The translations under genes and the position numbers were made by a program. Source: Chlamydiia bacterium (GTDB lineage Bacteria; Chlamydiota; Chlamydiia; Chlamydiales; Rhabdochlamydiaceae). From it: a stretch of 64,000 bases of DNA. The stretch covers positions 96,001 to 160,000 of the forward strand of contig CAWDOQ010000002.1 in NCBI GenBank assembly GCA_963804085.1, read 5' to 3'. This document shows, piece by piece, positions 1 through 9,852 of the stretch (positions are counted from its first letter, which is position 1; each line of letters opens with the position of its first letter). Below the pieces are notes generated by a model, which ran no database searches, was not told the DNA's origin, and saw only the letters and a program-made list of their open reading frames with translations.

Positions 1-158
1 AAAGAGGGTGCTTCTCGAGATTCCCGACATTCACAAAAAGGCGATCATCGCCTGCTATTTGGCATCACGCGTCGTCTATCTACGCGGCCTCAGACTGGTC
101 CCCCTCCCTAGTAGACGTCCTCCCCCTAATCACCAAAGACAAAGCCATCATCGGCTAG
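1..158 (+). CDS. 3' end of a large NAD-specific glutamate dehydrogenase-like gene (partial, 1-nt frameshift near 91)
   Basis: Frame 2 reads KRVLLEIPDIHKKAIIACYLASRVVYLRGL, continuing in a shifted frame as DWSPSLVDVLPLITKDKAIIG*. Resembles large NAD-GDH C-termini, from memory only. Confidence 0.45.
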   Translation, partial: RGCFSRFPTFTKRRSSPAIWHHASSIYAASDWSPSLVDVLPLITKDKAIIG

Positions 159-196
159 TAATGAGTGATATGATGTGTTGAGAGCTTGTTTAGATG

Positions 197-793
197 AATA
201 GACATGTCGGGTTCCACGCCACTTCGTGCGCGCGGCCCCCGCGACCCCCTTGCGCCTCACCTCGCTTTGCCAAATCGTGTCCTCGGAGTCGGGGCGTGTA
301 TAACACAGCCCCGACCGTGCTTTGCACTCTCCTGTGGTACGATTTTGCTGTGCGATCTGAGTCGATTGGCTGCTCGGCGCATTCCCTCCCCACTCCTTCG
401 TCGCGGGGCCCCTTCCATGTCGGCTCGCAGAACCACACTTAAAGAGTGCATCCAACATTGACAGGCTCTGCGACACGACGCGAGAAAGGGGCCCCGCCCG
501 AGACGTAAGTCCGCGGGGCTGCGAAGACAAGCTGAAGTGCCAGGTGGCACTTTGGCTTTGCAAAGCAGGGGAGGGTTTTAACCCGACCCGGGGATGAGCG
601 CGCGAGCAGCCAATGGCTTCAAGGCGCACAGAGAAATTGCTCTCGCAGGAGAGCCCGAAGGGCGGTCGGGGTCGTGTTATACACACCCCGACTCCGAGGA
701 CGCGATTTATCACAGCGTATTGGAGCTCAAGGGGGCAGCTGGGGGTTGGGAGGGCGACACGAAGTGCTCCCCTCAACCCCCGACTTGTCTCTA
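197..793. mobile_element. Long fold-back (MITE-like) element, copy 1: ~240-bp inverted arms around a 29-bp spacer
   Basis: Arms 197-434 and 464-793 are reverse-complementary (271-317 vs ~663-708 nearly exact). Ends AATAGACATGTCGGG / CCCGACTTGTCTCTA. Second copy at 58836-59480. Confidence 0.8.
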
Positions 794-835
794 GTAGGCC
801 TTTAAAAACCACTCAATTTTAAAACTGAGTTTGCG

Positions 836-2434
836 TTAATTAGAGGTTGCAGTAAAGCAAGCGCTTTCGGTTTCGGGGGCGCTTGAGCGGAAGAATGTGA
901 TGCCAAAGAGTCCTAAGAGACATTTGAGGAAGGAGTAGACGCCGAAAACGATCCCAAAGACAACTTGAACCGCCCAAGAGAGGCGGAACTGCTCATACCA
1001 AGCAACTGCGGCTCCTCTTTGCGAATTGTCGAGCTGCTGTTGGAGCTCCTCGCCTGTGTATGTCTTCACTGTGTAGGGTTCGGTAGCGTCAGGATCTAGA
1101 GCGCAGTCGGCATGAACGCGTAAAAGTGGTCTCTCATCTGTTTTTTCTCTTACAAATTCGGTCAAGTAAACCGGAAAATCGGGATTTGTGATTCCCCATC
1201 CGACATGTTTTTCTCCACCATAGTCGGCGATATCGCCTTTATCGACATGCTGCGCTCTGTTGCGGTAGATGTGGATCTTGAGCTTCTCTCTTCCTTCTAC
1301 AGGAAGCGCGTTGATCTGGTTTTTAAAACGGGTTGCGGTCTCCGTGTCCACGCTCGGTCCATTGATGAAGACCACCTCATCAAAATCCTCCGGAAACTCG
1401 GCGAGAACGCGCTGAAGCTGCGCATCGCCTAAGCTATAGCCCGATCCTCTTAACTTAGTTCCTGGCGGAAGAAAATTGGGATCTTTGAAAAGTTGTCTAA
1501 AGATTTCGCGTGCCGCTTCAAATCCCATCTTACCGATCTCTTTGTCTGTATCGTTGCGCCAGGTCTCCACTGCATCTTCTTGTGAGGCAAACGCTGTCCC
1601 AGATTGTCGAAAAGCGATCAAAGGCTTGAGTTTGGATCCCTCGCGCAGCGGTTTGAACGCATAGGCAACCAGGCCGTCTCCTGTGCCGATCTTTTTATAA
1701 ACTTTGTAGAAATCTAGATTGCCATCTGCATCGGGAGCCGAGATGATCTCTCCAATTTCCAGTCCTAATGAGAGCATCCTTTTAGTCAAACGGTCGAGGA
1801 AGGGAAAATCGGGAAGCTGGGTGTGCTCACGGTCAAAAAGTCGTGTGACATTGAGGTCGAGATGGAGTCTTTTTCCATCTGCCTTAAACGGGTTGTAATA
1901 GAAGAAGTCGCCGCAAGAATCTGGTCCGCCGCGCACTCTATCTATCCCCTCTTTTGGATCTCTCAAGAAAAAAGGATTACGCAAAACGGCGAAGTTATTT
2001 TCTATTTCTCCCGTCGAGAGTTTTGCAAGCGGTCTTGTTCCGGCAAGAATCTGTAGATCGCGTGCAAAGATTTTTGCGCCGCCCACACACGCCTTTTCTA
2101 CGTGTTGGACGCGCAAAGGGGTCGTTCCCTCTTGTGAAAACTTTTCAAAATGCAGGCCATAGCGTGTACTGAAGTGTTTAACTCGATCAGAGAAGCGATC
2201 GTCTGGGTTATAAGCTTGATTTACAACTCTTTCAAAGACTTGCCAAGCCTTACGGTTGACCTCTCTCTCTTCCTCGCTAACTGATGAGTAGCCATAGCAG
2301 CAAAAGCTCCCAATACAGCTCGCTTCCGACTCATCTTTACCTGCCACGACCCTATCCCCTTCCACACTAAGCGGCAGGTTATAGGTCGTCCTTTTAGCAA
2401 CATCTATGAAAGACTGAAGAGTTAATGTGGTCAT
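836..2434 (-). CDS. Lipase/alpha-beta hydrolase-like protein with C-terminal transmembrane helix; candidate effector
   Basis: GYSLG nucleophile elbow, PLIAFR upstream, DIADYGGEKH downstream, hydrophobic tail WAVQVVFGIVFGVYSFLKCLLGLFG. Confidence 0.6.
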   Translation of the reverse strand: MTTLTLQSFIDVAKRTTYNLPLSVEGDRVVAGKDESEASCIGSFCCYGYSSVSEEEREVNRKAWQVFERVVNQAYNPDDRFSDRVKHFSTRYGLHFEKFSQEGTTPLRVQHVEKACVGGAKIFARDLQILAGTRPLAKLSTGEIENNFAVLRNPFFLRDPKEGIDRVRGGPDSCGDFFYYNPFKADGKRLHLDLNVTRLFDREHTQLPDFPFLDRLTKRMLSLGLEIGEIISAPDADGNLDFYKVYKKIGTGDGLVAYAFKPLREGSKLKPLIAFRQSGTAFASQEDAVETWRNDTDKEIGKMGFEAAREIFRQLFKDPNFLPPGTKLRGSGYSLGDAQLQRVLAEFPEDFDEVVFINGPSVDTETATRFKNQINALPVEGREKLKIHIYRNRAQHVDKGDIADYGGEKHVGWGITNPDFPVYLTEFVREKTDERPLLRVHADCALDPDATEPYTVKTYTGEELQQQLDNSQRGAAVAWYEQFRLSWAVQVVFGIVFGVYSFLKCLLGLFGITFFRSSAPETESACFTATSN

Positions 2435-2515
2435 AGTTATTTACATTTTTAGTAGTAGAATTATACTCTTTTTAGTTTTGTTTGAAAAGAGTTAAAGAAA
2501 TTCATACTATGAAAA

Positions 2516-3232
2516 TTAAATTTTCATATTGTGATGAACGGCATCCACATCATCCAGGGCTTCTATCCATTCTATTAGAGCGAAATTAGCTTGAGCCTGC
2601 TCTGGAGTGCACTCGACATAGACTTTAGGAATCATCTCAAGGGAGGCTTCTTCACACTGGATTCCCGTACTGTTAATTCTTTCTTTTACTTGATAGAGCA
2701 TCTCAGGAGGGGTGGTGATGATAAAAAGGTCGTCCGATTCTTCAAAGTCCTCAGCACCGGCATCTGTTACTGCAAGGAAAAGATCCTCCTCTTTTGCGTT
2801 CTTTTTGAGGACTTGGATCACCCCTTTTTTATCGAAATTAAAGGAGACGGCGCCCGGATTTGCGATCGTCCCGCCCCTCTTGTTGGTAGCGATGCGCATC
2901 TCAGCTGCAGCCCGATTCTTGTTGTCGGTCATAATGTCGACTAAAATGCCCACGCCCCCATAACCATAGAGCTCATAGGTCATCTGGGTGAAATCTGCCT
3001 GATCCTGGCTTGAGGCCTTCTTGATATTGCGTTCGATGTTATCGTTCGGCAGGTTGACATCGCGCGCCTTTTGTAAAGCGGCCCGCAGCTTAGGATTGTT
3101 CTTAACATCGGGACCGCCCTGCTTCACCGCACTAATGATCTCTTTGGTAACCCGCGTAAAGAGCTTCCCCTTAATCGCGTCCGCCCGCCCCTTCCGATGC
3201 TTAATATTCGCCCACTTACTATGCCCCGCCAT
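2516..3232 (-). CDS. yebC: YebC/PmpR family protein
   Basis: MAGHSKWANIKHRK N-terminus, YELYGYGG, TDNKNR, DDVDAVHHN. Confidence 0.97.
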   Translation of the reverse strand: MAGHSKWANIKHRKGRADAIKGKLFTRVTKEIISAVKQGGPDVKNNPKLRAALQKARDVNLPNDNIERNIKKASSQDQADFTQMTYELYGYGGVGILVDIMTDNKNRAAAEMRIATNKRGGTIANPGAVSFNFDKKGVIQVLKKNAKEEDLFLAVTDAGAEDFEESDDLFIITTPPEMLYQVKERINSTGIQCEEASLEMIPKVYVECTPEQAQANFALIEWIEALDDVDAVHHNMKI

Positions 3233-3259
3233 AACTAGCTAACCTCTCCTTGGTTTTAA

Positions 3260-3340
3260 TCGCGCCCGCTTCCGCGCCCGCGTGCGCGCCCGAAAATTAA
3301 TCCGGATCGGGCGCGCACGCGGGCGCGGAAGCGGGCGCGA
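3260..3340. repeat. Hexamer-armed palindrome (GCGCCC subtype)
   Basis: Perfect 34-bp inverted arms around an AAATTAATCCGGA core. Confidence 0.95.
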
Positions 3341-3353
3341 AAAATTTTTCATT

Positions 3354-3839
3354 TTATAGGTGTTTCTGCATCATGATTTTGGTGATGTATTCGGTGCGCT
3401 CTTTGATGAAGCGGGGCTGCTCGCCGTATTCTTTGAAGCCTGCTCGCTGGTAAAGATGGATGGCCGGGTTGCCTTTGTAAACTTCTAGATGGAGCGTCTC
3501 AATATGGAATTTTTCTTTGGCAAGCTTCATCAGTTCATTGAGGAGTATGGTGCCGACGCCTTTATTGCGCTGCTTTTCGGAAACGAGGATGGCAAAGAGG
3601 CACTGATGCGCTAGCTTCTTGTAGGGTTGAATGTAGAGGTTAGCCATGCCGCACGCCTCGTTATTCCACTCGGCAGTCAAGCAGGCGCCATGTTTAGCAT
3701 AGCTCACCCAGATGCGCACCGCATCATCTACCTCTCTTTCATCGAGCATCGGAAACCAGCGGAGGACCCCCGGCTCCATAAGCCACTCTTTGAGCGGGCC
3801 TGCATCTTCTGGCGTGGTAGGGCGAACTGTTTGAAAAAC
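3354..3839 (-). CDS. GNAT acetyltransferase, paralog 2; start codon unclear
   Basis: QRNKGVG acetyl-CoA motif and LHLEVYKGNPAIHLY. Homology to paralog 1 extends upstream of ATG 3779 (TVRPTTPEDAGPLKEWL) until in-frame stops. Confidence 0.8.
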   Translation of the reverse strand, partial: VFQTVRPTTPEDAGPLKEWLMEPGVLRWFPMLDEREVDDAVRIWVSYAKHGACLTAEWNNEACGMANLYIQPYKKLAHQCLFAILVSEKQRNKGVGTILLNELMKLAKEKFHIETLHLEVYKGNPAIHLYQRAGFKEYGEQPRFIKERTEYITKIMMQKHL

Positions 3840-3851
3840 TTATGCCTAATT

Positions 3852-3939
3852 GCAGGAGATTCTCCCCATGCAAGGGGCTCCTGCTTCGCGTCGCATTATC
3901 TATATACCTCGGCTAACTCGCCCCTTCGGAGGCGAGATT
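3852..3939 (-). repeat. 88-bp two-hairpin dispersed element, copy 1
   Basis: Reverse complement matches 25787-25873 with 8 differences. Confidence 0.85.
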
Positions 3940-4439
3940 AAGCTGGTCTCAAAAAGAAGGCGCGCTAAGTAGGTATTTCCTTCTTTTACGTAACGCTCTT
4001 GACGAGCAAACATGTGAAAATCGGCTCGCGCGAGTAGTTTGGTAATCGGATTTCCTTCGAACACTTCTATGTGAATCATCTCCAGCCGGAAGTAGCTTTT
4101 TGCAAGATGCTTTAAATTTTTAAGCAGCGAGGTTCCGATCCCCTGTCTCTGGTATTTGGGGTCTACGATTATTTTGAACATGCAGTGGTGGGCGACTTTG
4201 CGATAGGGCATGAGAAAAAGTGTGCCGATTGCGCATGGAACATCATTGATCGTACAGGTCAAACTGCAGCTATATCTACAAAAACCGATCCACGCTTGCA
4301 CGGCATCTTCCACCTCTTTTTCTTCCTGCATAGGAAACCAGTGGAGCATACCCGGTGCATGCAGCCAGTCGCGCAAATAGGGAGCATCTGTCACAAATGT
4401 GTAGCGGATATCAAATCCAGGCGGCGTCTCTTTTCCCAT
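3900..4439 (-). CDS. GNAT acetyltransferase, paralog 1
   Basis: VDPKYQRQGIG motif; lies between prfB and yebC as in Chlamydia. Confidence 0.9.
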   Translation of the reverse strand: MGKETPPGFDIRYTFVTDAPYLRDWLHAPGMLHWFPMQEEKEVEDAVQAWIGFCRYSCSLTCTINDVPCAIGTLFLMPYRKVAHHCMFKIIVDPKYQRQGIGTSLLKNLKHLAKSYFRLEMIHIEVFEGNPITKLLARADFHMFARQERYVKEGNTYLARLLFETSLISPPKGRVSRGI

Positions 4440-4445
4440 TTTTGT

Positions 4446-5541
4446 TTATCCAAACTCCTTCAGGTAGGCATTGACAAATCCATCTAAATCTCCATCCATG
4501 ACAGCATGGATATTTCCCACTTCATACTTCGTACGCGTATCTTTAACAAGCGTGTAGGGCTGAAAAACGTAGTTGCGTATCTGGCTGCCCCAAGCGTTCT
4601 CTTTTTTTTCGCCCCCGAGCTTTTTCAATTTACTTTCTCTTTCCAAAATCTCTTGCTCATAGAGCTTGGCCTTTAAAATCTTAAAGCATGTCTCTTTGTT
4701 TTGCACCTGGCTCCGTTCGCTCTGGCAAGAGACGACGATTCCGCTGGACATGTGGGTGATGCGCACAGCAGAATCTGTCTTGTTGACGTGCTGGCCTCCT
4801 GCTCCCGATGCGCGGTAGGTATCGATACGTACATCTTCAGGTCTGATCTCGATCTGGATCTCATCAGCAATCTCGGGCGTCACATCGACAGACGCAAAAC
4901 TTGTATGTCTTTTCGCATTGCTATCAAACGGAGAGATGCGGACTAAGCGATGCACTCCCTTCTCTGCTTTACAATAGCCATAAGCAAAATGTCCGGAGAT
5001 TTTAAAAGTGGCGCTCTTAATTCCGGCCACATCACCGTCAACAGAATCGAGCATCTCTACTTCCCAGCCACGTCTGGTTGCCCAACGCTGGTACATGCGC
5101 GAGAGCATGAGAGCCCAGTCGCACGCTTCGGTCCCTCCGGCTCCTGAGTTGATGCTGAGATAGCAGCTCTTAGCATCCATCTCGCCTGAGAGCATTTTGC
5201 GCACCTCGAGTTCGGATAGCAGCTTATCGACTACAAAAAGCTCATTTAAAAGATCGGTCACAAGCTCCTGCTCGCCGCTCTCTTCAGCTTCGGGCAAGAG
5301 ACTTTGCACGTTCTCAAAACGTTGTTTGATCTCTTTGTAGGGAATCGTCCAGGCTTTTAGCTCATTGCAAGCAGTGATGATCTTTTGCGCTGCATTGTTA
5401 TCTTCCCAAAAACCGGAAGACTCCATCTGCTTCTCATACTCATGTACCTGCTGCTCTTTTTGAGCGAGGTCAAAGATACCTCAGCATATGTAGAAGACGC
5501 TCATCGATGCTCTTGATTAGATTATTTGTCTGCTCGCTCAT
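4446..5541 (-). CDS. prfB: Peptide chain release factor 2 with programmed +1 frameshift
   Basis: SPF and GGQ motifs. Upstream frame MSEQTNNLIKSIDERLLHMLRYL ends at AGG TAT CTT TGA C (5475-5469); +1 frame continues DLAQKEQQVHEYEKQMESSGFW. Confidence 0.97.
5469..5483 (-). promoter_or_regulatory. prfB autoregulatory frameshift site (internal SD + CTT TGA C)
   Basis: Minus strand TGAGGTATCTTTGAC, the canonical RF2 shift context. Confidence 0.95.
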
Positions 5542-5745
5542 TGATCTCTCCCTTTGCTTTCGAAAGAACTGAGTATCCTGTTTGCGAAAAAAAAAGTCAA
5601 AAAGATCACCAAGTGTAAAATGTAAGAAACAATTTTAATATTTTATTTTATACAAACTTAAACTAAGCTTTACAGAATCATTAATCTTCATGATAATGAA
5701 TCCGATTTTGACCATTGAAAACGAACCTTTTTGGAGGAGATGAAT

Positions 5746-6178
5746 ATGTCGACCGTTCAACCCGATATGACCTGCTGGGAACACACACAAACATTTGCAG
5801 CATCTGCTGCCCACACAATTAAAGAGGGTGCTGTAGAAGCAGGCACCTGGCTCGCAAACGGAACTGTCCATGTTGTCACATGGTTAAAAGATGTATGGTT
5901 TTGGATTCAAGACAATGGCATTAACTGTGCGATCTGGATTAAAGATGGCGTTGTCAGCGCAGGAAGATCTGTATGGCAAGCTGCAGGAAGAGCTTATGAA
6001 GCTGCCTTCCCCGCTATCATGTCAGTTGTAGATGCTGCTAAAAAATACGCCGTTCAAACTTACACACGGCGTAAGAGAGTTTGTACGCGCTCACCCCAAC
6101 GAGACTATCGTGGGCATCTCTGCATTTGCAGCTGGTATATTTGTATCGTTCTTATTTACACAATTCTGCTGCAGATGA
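5746..6178 (+). CDS. Amphipathic-helix protein with ElaB/YqjD-like tail anchor (frameshift near 6065)
   Basis: GGAGGA RBS. Shifted frame gives GVREFVRAHPNETIVGISAFAAGIFVSFLFTQFCCR*. Confidence 0.6.
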
Positions 6179-6200
6179 GACGCTAACGGCACTATTCCCC

Positions 6201-6291
6201 AACGTGCCCGTGCCCCTGCCCGTGCCCTTGCCCGATCCGAATTAATTCGGATTAATTCGGGCACGCACGCGGGCACGGGCACGGGCACGTT
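6201..6291. repeat. Hexamer-armed palindrome (GTGCCC subtype) with duplicated core
   Basis: (NTGCCC)n GATCCGAATTAATTCGGATTAATTC (GGGCAC)n between convergent genes. Confidence 0.95.
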
Positions 6292-8446
6292 AATTTCTAG
6301 TAAGAACTATTCTGTAATCAGGCGCTACTTGATATTTCCAGAGAGCTATGGCTTTTTTTAGCACCTCTCTCTTCTCGACAAGCTTACCCTTGTGCTGTGT
6401 GACAGTAAGACGAGTACCGCTCTCTACTTTGAACAGGTGATCGCCCTTTAAAGTGATGTCTTCGGCGTAAAATTCTCCATCGCCATCGATCACGATTTGG
6501 CAGCTCTCTTTTCGAAAGATCTCTCTTTTCCAAAAAACAGAGGGTAAAGAGCGATCGATACCTGCATTTTTCACTAACACATTTTTTAGCACGCATTTAC
6601 CGACAGAATCGGAGTAGTGAAGCACCCCGTCTTTATTTTTTGTGCCCATGAGAGCGAGCGCTGTGATGAGAAGACTTCCATCTAGCCTCATGTTTTCCAT
6701 ATCTAATTCGGCAATCTCTAAAGAGAGTTCGCTCTTTTGCTCTAGATGCCCGCCGCGTATCTTTTGTGCGATGATGCTATAGAGAGGCCCGAGCGAGGGG
6801 TGGTAGAAAAAAAGAGGCAGCGCTTTCTCTTCATCTAGCTGCATCTTGCAAACCTGAGCAAGAAGTGCACGTGCATTTTTCTGCGCATCAAAAAAGCATC
6901 CTGCAGGTGTTTCAAGAAGTGGGGCGCCCGGCGTCTCTTCTCGCTTGACTGTCGAGATCGTCTTAGCGCGGCTATTGTAGGTGAGAAAGGTGCGCATCTC
7001 GCCTGCGCGCTTTCCTGCAGGCAAGGGGCGAGCAAATGTGTGGCCAAAGCAGTCGGCGATGTTCTGCATCGTAGATTCTAAACGCGCCACCTCCTCTTCT
7101 ACTATTCCCTTCTCTGTGCGATAGGCAGTCTTTTTGGGATTGATGAGGATGCCGGGCAGTGGGGTGAGCTCCACCGCCTTCTCTACCGCTTTTAGATCGA
7201 TAAACAAGATGTTGGTGTTAGAAGAGAACCCGCCGCGCGTCTCTTTTTCTTGCGGCGCCAGTTCCACCTGGCGATACTTTTCAAAGTCGCAGTACTCCAC
7301 ATTTGTAAGCACATATTCCACACCGGAGGCTCTTCTTTTTTCTAGGAGCACATTGATTCCTTCGGCAGCTCCTCTTTTTCGTGGGCATGAAGCAAAGCCA
7401 AAGATCTTATCTCCCTGACATCCCAACCCGGTGAATGCCAAAAGACCATAGTCGGAACCGGCGATAGGGTTATTGATCTGTCTTATAAGCGCCTTTCTTC
7501 TCCCCTGTTCATAAAGCCAATCAAAGATTTTGGCATCGCGCGCAAGCTTCCATATCACACCATGGCCACCCGGTTTTAAAAGAAGCTGCATCGGCCCTAC
7601 CAAACACCACTCTCCTTTTCGATTAACGCAAGGAACAGAGGGTTGTGAGAAAAAACGAAAGGAGCTCTTAGGTCTTCCAAACCAGCGCTTCTCTTCGCAG
7701 ATAGAGAGGATCTGCGCATGGTTGTCTTTTTCTTGCGAGGTCATCATCGCAAGCGGGGTGATCAGCTGCTTGCCGTAGAGCTTATAGTGCAGATATTCAC
7801 GCGCTTGCAAATCGACAACCATCCCTTCCAAAAGCGTCCTCCCGCCAAAGATAAGTTTAGCTGCAGGAAGCGCTGCGGCTGTCTGCTCATCGTGCAAACG
7901 CAGCCTGTCGGCAGCCCCCCCCACCGGATAGATCTCTGCCATCTCTTCCATTCGCTCTAAGCCCCATACTAGGGCCTGTCTTACGGATAAATTCTCTTCT
8001 GAGATGTCTACTCCTTCAGGAGGATGGTAGACGCTATTATGTGGAGATATGCTCTCCTCTTTTTTGACAGATAAAAAATGAAGAACCGCGTTGTGATACC
8101 CCACAATCCCACCGATCTCGTGATAGAACCTCTCTACGGGAAGGAGGATCTCGATAAGCTTGTGTAGGTTATCTTCGTTTAAAGGCGCTTCGCCTAGGAT
8201 CCGCTCCCCCTGCCCTACTGCAACTAAAGACTTTAAAACGAGCGCGCGCTCATCTGATAGAGCTTTTACGTAGCTACTTAAAAAATTCTGTTTTTTGAAG
8301 AACTCTTTTACTCGGGAGGCGCTAGAGACAGCTTTTAGCCGCTCCTCTAAAGAGCGCGTCTTTTGAAGCTTTTTGAGGAGAGGAGCGAGCTCTTCTTTCT
8401 GCTCATCGATGGAAAAACTTTGCTCAAGAAGAGATATATCGCTCAT
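6290..8446 (-). CDS. UTP--glucose-1-phosphate uridylyltransferase (UDPGP family, plant UGP3-like)
   Basis: YPVGGAADRL, KPGGHGVIW, RQINNP, NTNILF, RLESTMQNIAD. AAGG RBS before ATG 8446. Confidence 0.85.
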   Translation of the reverse strand: MSDISLLEQSFSIDEQKEELAPLLKKLQKTRSLEERLKAVSSASRVKEFFKKQNFLSSYVKALSDERALVLKSLVAVGQGERILGEAPLNEDNLHKLIEILLPVERFYHEIGGIVGYHNAVLHFLSVKKEESISPHNSVYHPPEGVDISEENLSVRQALVWGLERMEEMAEIYPVGGAADRLRLHDEQTAAALPAAKLIFGGRTLLEGMVVDLQAREYLHYKLYGKQLITPLAMMTSQEKDNHAQILSICEEKRWFGRPKSSFRFFSQPSVPCVNRKGEWCLVGPMQLLLKPGGHGVIWKLARDAKIFDWLYEQGRRKALIRQINNPIAGSDYGLLAFTGLGCQGDKIFGFASCPRKRGAAEGINVLLEKRRASGVEYVLTNVEYCDFEKYRQVELAPQEKETRGGFSSNTNILFIDLKAVEKAVELTPLPGILINPKKTAYRTEKGIVEEEVARLESTMQNIADCFGHTFARPLPAGKRAGEMRTFLTYNSRAKTISTVKREETPGAPLLETPAGCFFDAQKNARALLAQVCKMQLDEEKALPLFFYHPSLGPLYSIIAQKIRGGHLEQKSELSLEIAELDMENMRLDGSLLITALALMGTKNKDGVLHYSDSVGKCVLKNVLVKNAGIDRSLPSVFWKREIFRKESCQIVIDGDGEFYAEDITLKGDHLFKVESGTRLTVTQHKGKLVEKREVLKKAIALWKYQVAPDYRIVLTRN

Positions 8447-8689
8447 AATCTTACCTTCCTTACCTTGCCATTTTGAACCGCTAAACGCAAGAAAATGCAC
8501 GAAAAGAGAGCACCCTCGCCGATTTTTTTTGACTATAATACCTCGAGAGCGCTACAAATTGTCATTCGAGGAATTAAAGTTATTTACCTCGAAAATGTAA
8601 GTCTTCACATTGGATGAATTCTTACCTAACACCCGATGGTGCAATCCCACGGGTCTTAAAGTAGCACTTTATCAAGGAGAATCAAGCAA

Positions 8690-8950
8690 ATGGCAAAAGA
8701 GAAAAAATCCAAATTCATGCAACCAATGAAAGTTAGCGATGAACTCGCAGCAGTTGTTGGCAGAGGACCAATGCCACGTACAGAAGTAACAAAGAAACTT
8801 TGGGCTTATATCAAGTCTAACAAAAGACAAGATCCAAGCAACAAGCGCAACATCATCCCAGATGAGAAACTCTCAAAAGTGTTCGGCGGAAACAAAAAAT
8901 CTGTCAACATGTTCGAAATGACAAAGCTTGTTAGCAAGCACCTCTCTTAA
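8690..8950 (+). CDS. SWIB/MDM2 domain protein
   Basis: PMPRTEVTKKLWAYIK, QDPSNKRNIIPDEKL, VNMFEMTK; chlamydial hallmark. Confidence 0.95.
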   Translation: MAKEKKSKFMQPMKVSDELAAVVGRGPMPRTEVTKKLWAYIKSNKRQDPSNKRNIIPDEKLSKVFGGNKKSVNMFEMTKLVSKHLS

Positions 8951-9007
8951 TTTTTTTTAGTGGAATGCAGCAGAGTCTGCTGCATTCTACATTCTCTCTA
9001 AAATCCC

Positions 9008-9751
9008 GTGAAAAAATATAAACTAATCCTTGCCTACGACGGCACACACTACGGCGGATGGCAAGTCCAGCCCAATAGCACCTCCATCCAGATGCTTGTG
9101 CAGATGGCACTTGAAACCGCGCTGCGAAACAAGACAGACCTAACCGGTGCAAGCCGCACCGATGCAGGCGTCCATGCTCTCGGACAAGTCGCACACTTCA
9201 CATCAAACGATCCGGTGGACACCTTTCGCCTGCTCGCCTCTTTAAACGGTCTACTTCCCGCAGACATCCGCGTGCAGCTCATCGAAGAGGTCCCAGAATC
9301 GTTTCATGCCAGATACAGCGCTACAGGAAAGATCTACCACTACCATCTCTACTTAGAACGCGTGATAAACCCTTTTAACAGGCTTTATGCCACACACATC
9401 CCCTACAAGGTCGATTTAGAGCGCATGCAAAAAGCAGCAAAGCTCTTGGTCGGCACACACGACTTCACCTCATTTGCAAACGAGTCTCACAAAGGAACAG
9501 CCAGCCACGATGCCGTGCGCACGCTTAAGAGATTAGATCTGGTAGAAGAGAGCGGCGGAGTAAGACTTGAGTTTGAAGCTGATGGCTTTCTCTACAAGAT
9601 GGTGCGCAACCTAACAGGCGCGTTAATTGGAGCAGCTTGCGGCAAGCTCGCAATCGAAGAGATCCCCGCACTCATTGCCGCACGCGACCGCACCCAAGCC
9701 CCCGAAACCGCTCCCCCTCAAGGCCTCTTCCTCATGAAAGTGAAATATTAG
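9008..9751 (+). CDS. truA: tRNA pseudouridine(38-40) synthase
   Basis: YDGTHYGGWQ, ASRTDAGVHA, FLYKMVR, APPQGLFL. Confidence 0.97.
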   Translation: MKKYKLILAYDGTHYGGWQVQPNSTSIQMLVQMALETALRNKTDLTGASRTDAGVHALGQVAHFTSNDPVDTFRLLASLNGLLPADIRVQLIEEVPESFHARYSATGKIYHYHLYLERVINPFNRLYATHIPYKVDLERMQKAAKLLVGTHDFTSFANESHKGTASHDAVRTLKRLDLVEESGGVRLEFEADGFLYKMVRNLTGALIGAACGKLAIEEIPALIAARDRTQAPETAPPQGLFLMKVKY

Positions 9752-9765
9752 AAGCTTTCTTCATT

Positions 9766-9842
9766 CGCGCCCGCTTCCGCGCCCGCGTGCGCGCCCGAAT
9801 TAATCCGGATCGGGCGCGCACGCGGGCGCGGAAGCGGGCACG
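9766..9842. repeat. Hexamer-armed palindrome (GCGCCC subtype)
   Basis: Near-identical to 3260-3340; between convergent truA and HAD genes. Confidence 0.95.
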
Positions 9843-9852
9843 TAAAGCAAGG

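Noticed and set aside
458-463. TTGACA in the fold-back spacer as a mobile promoter
   Set aside because: No -10 element at proper spacing in either copy.
126-822. Many overlapping ORFs over fold-back copy 1 (and 58871-59555 over copy 2)
   Set aside because: GC-rich palindromic DNA open in several frames on both strands; no recognisable motifs; frames not conserved between copies.
5469-5483. prfB frameshift as a novelty
   Set aside because: Well-established autoregulatory mechanism.
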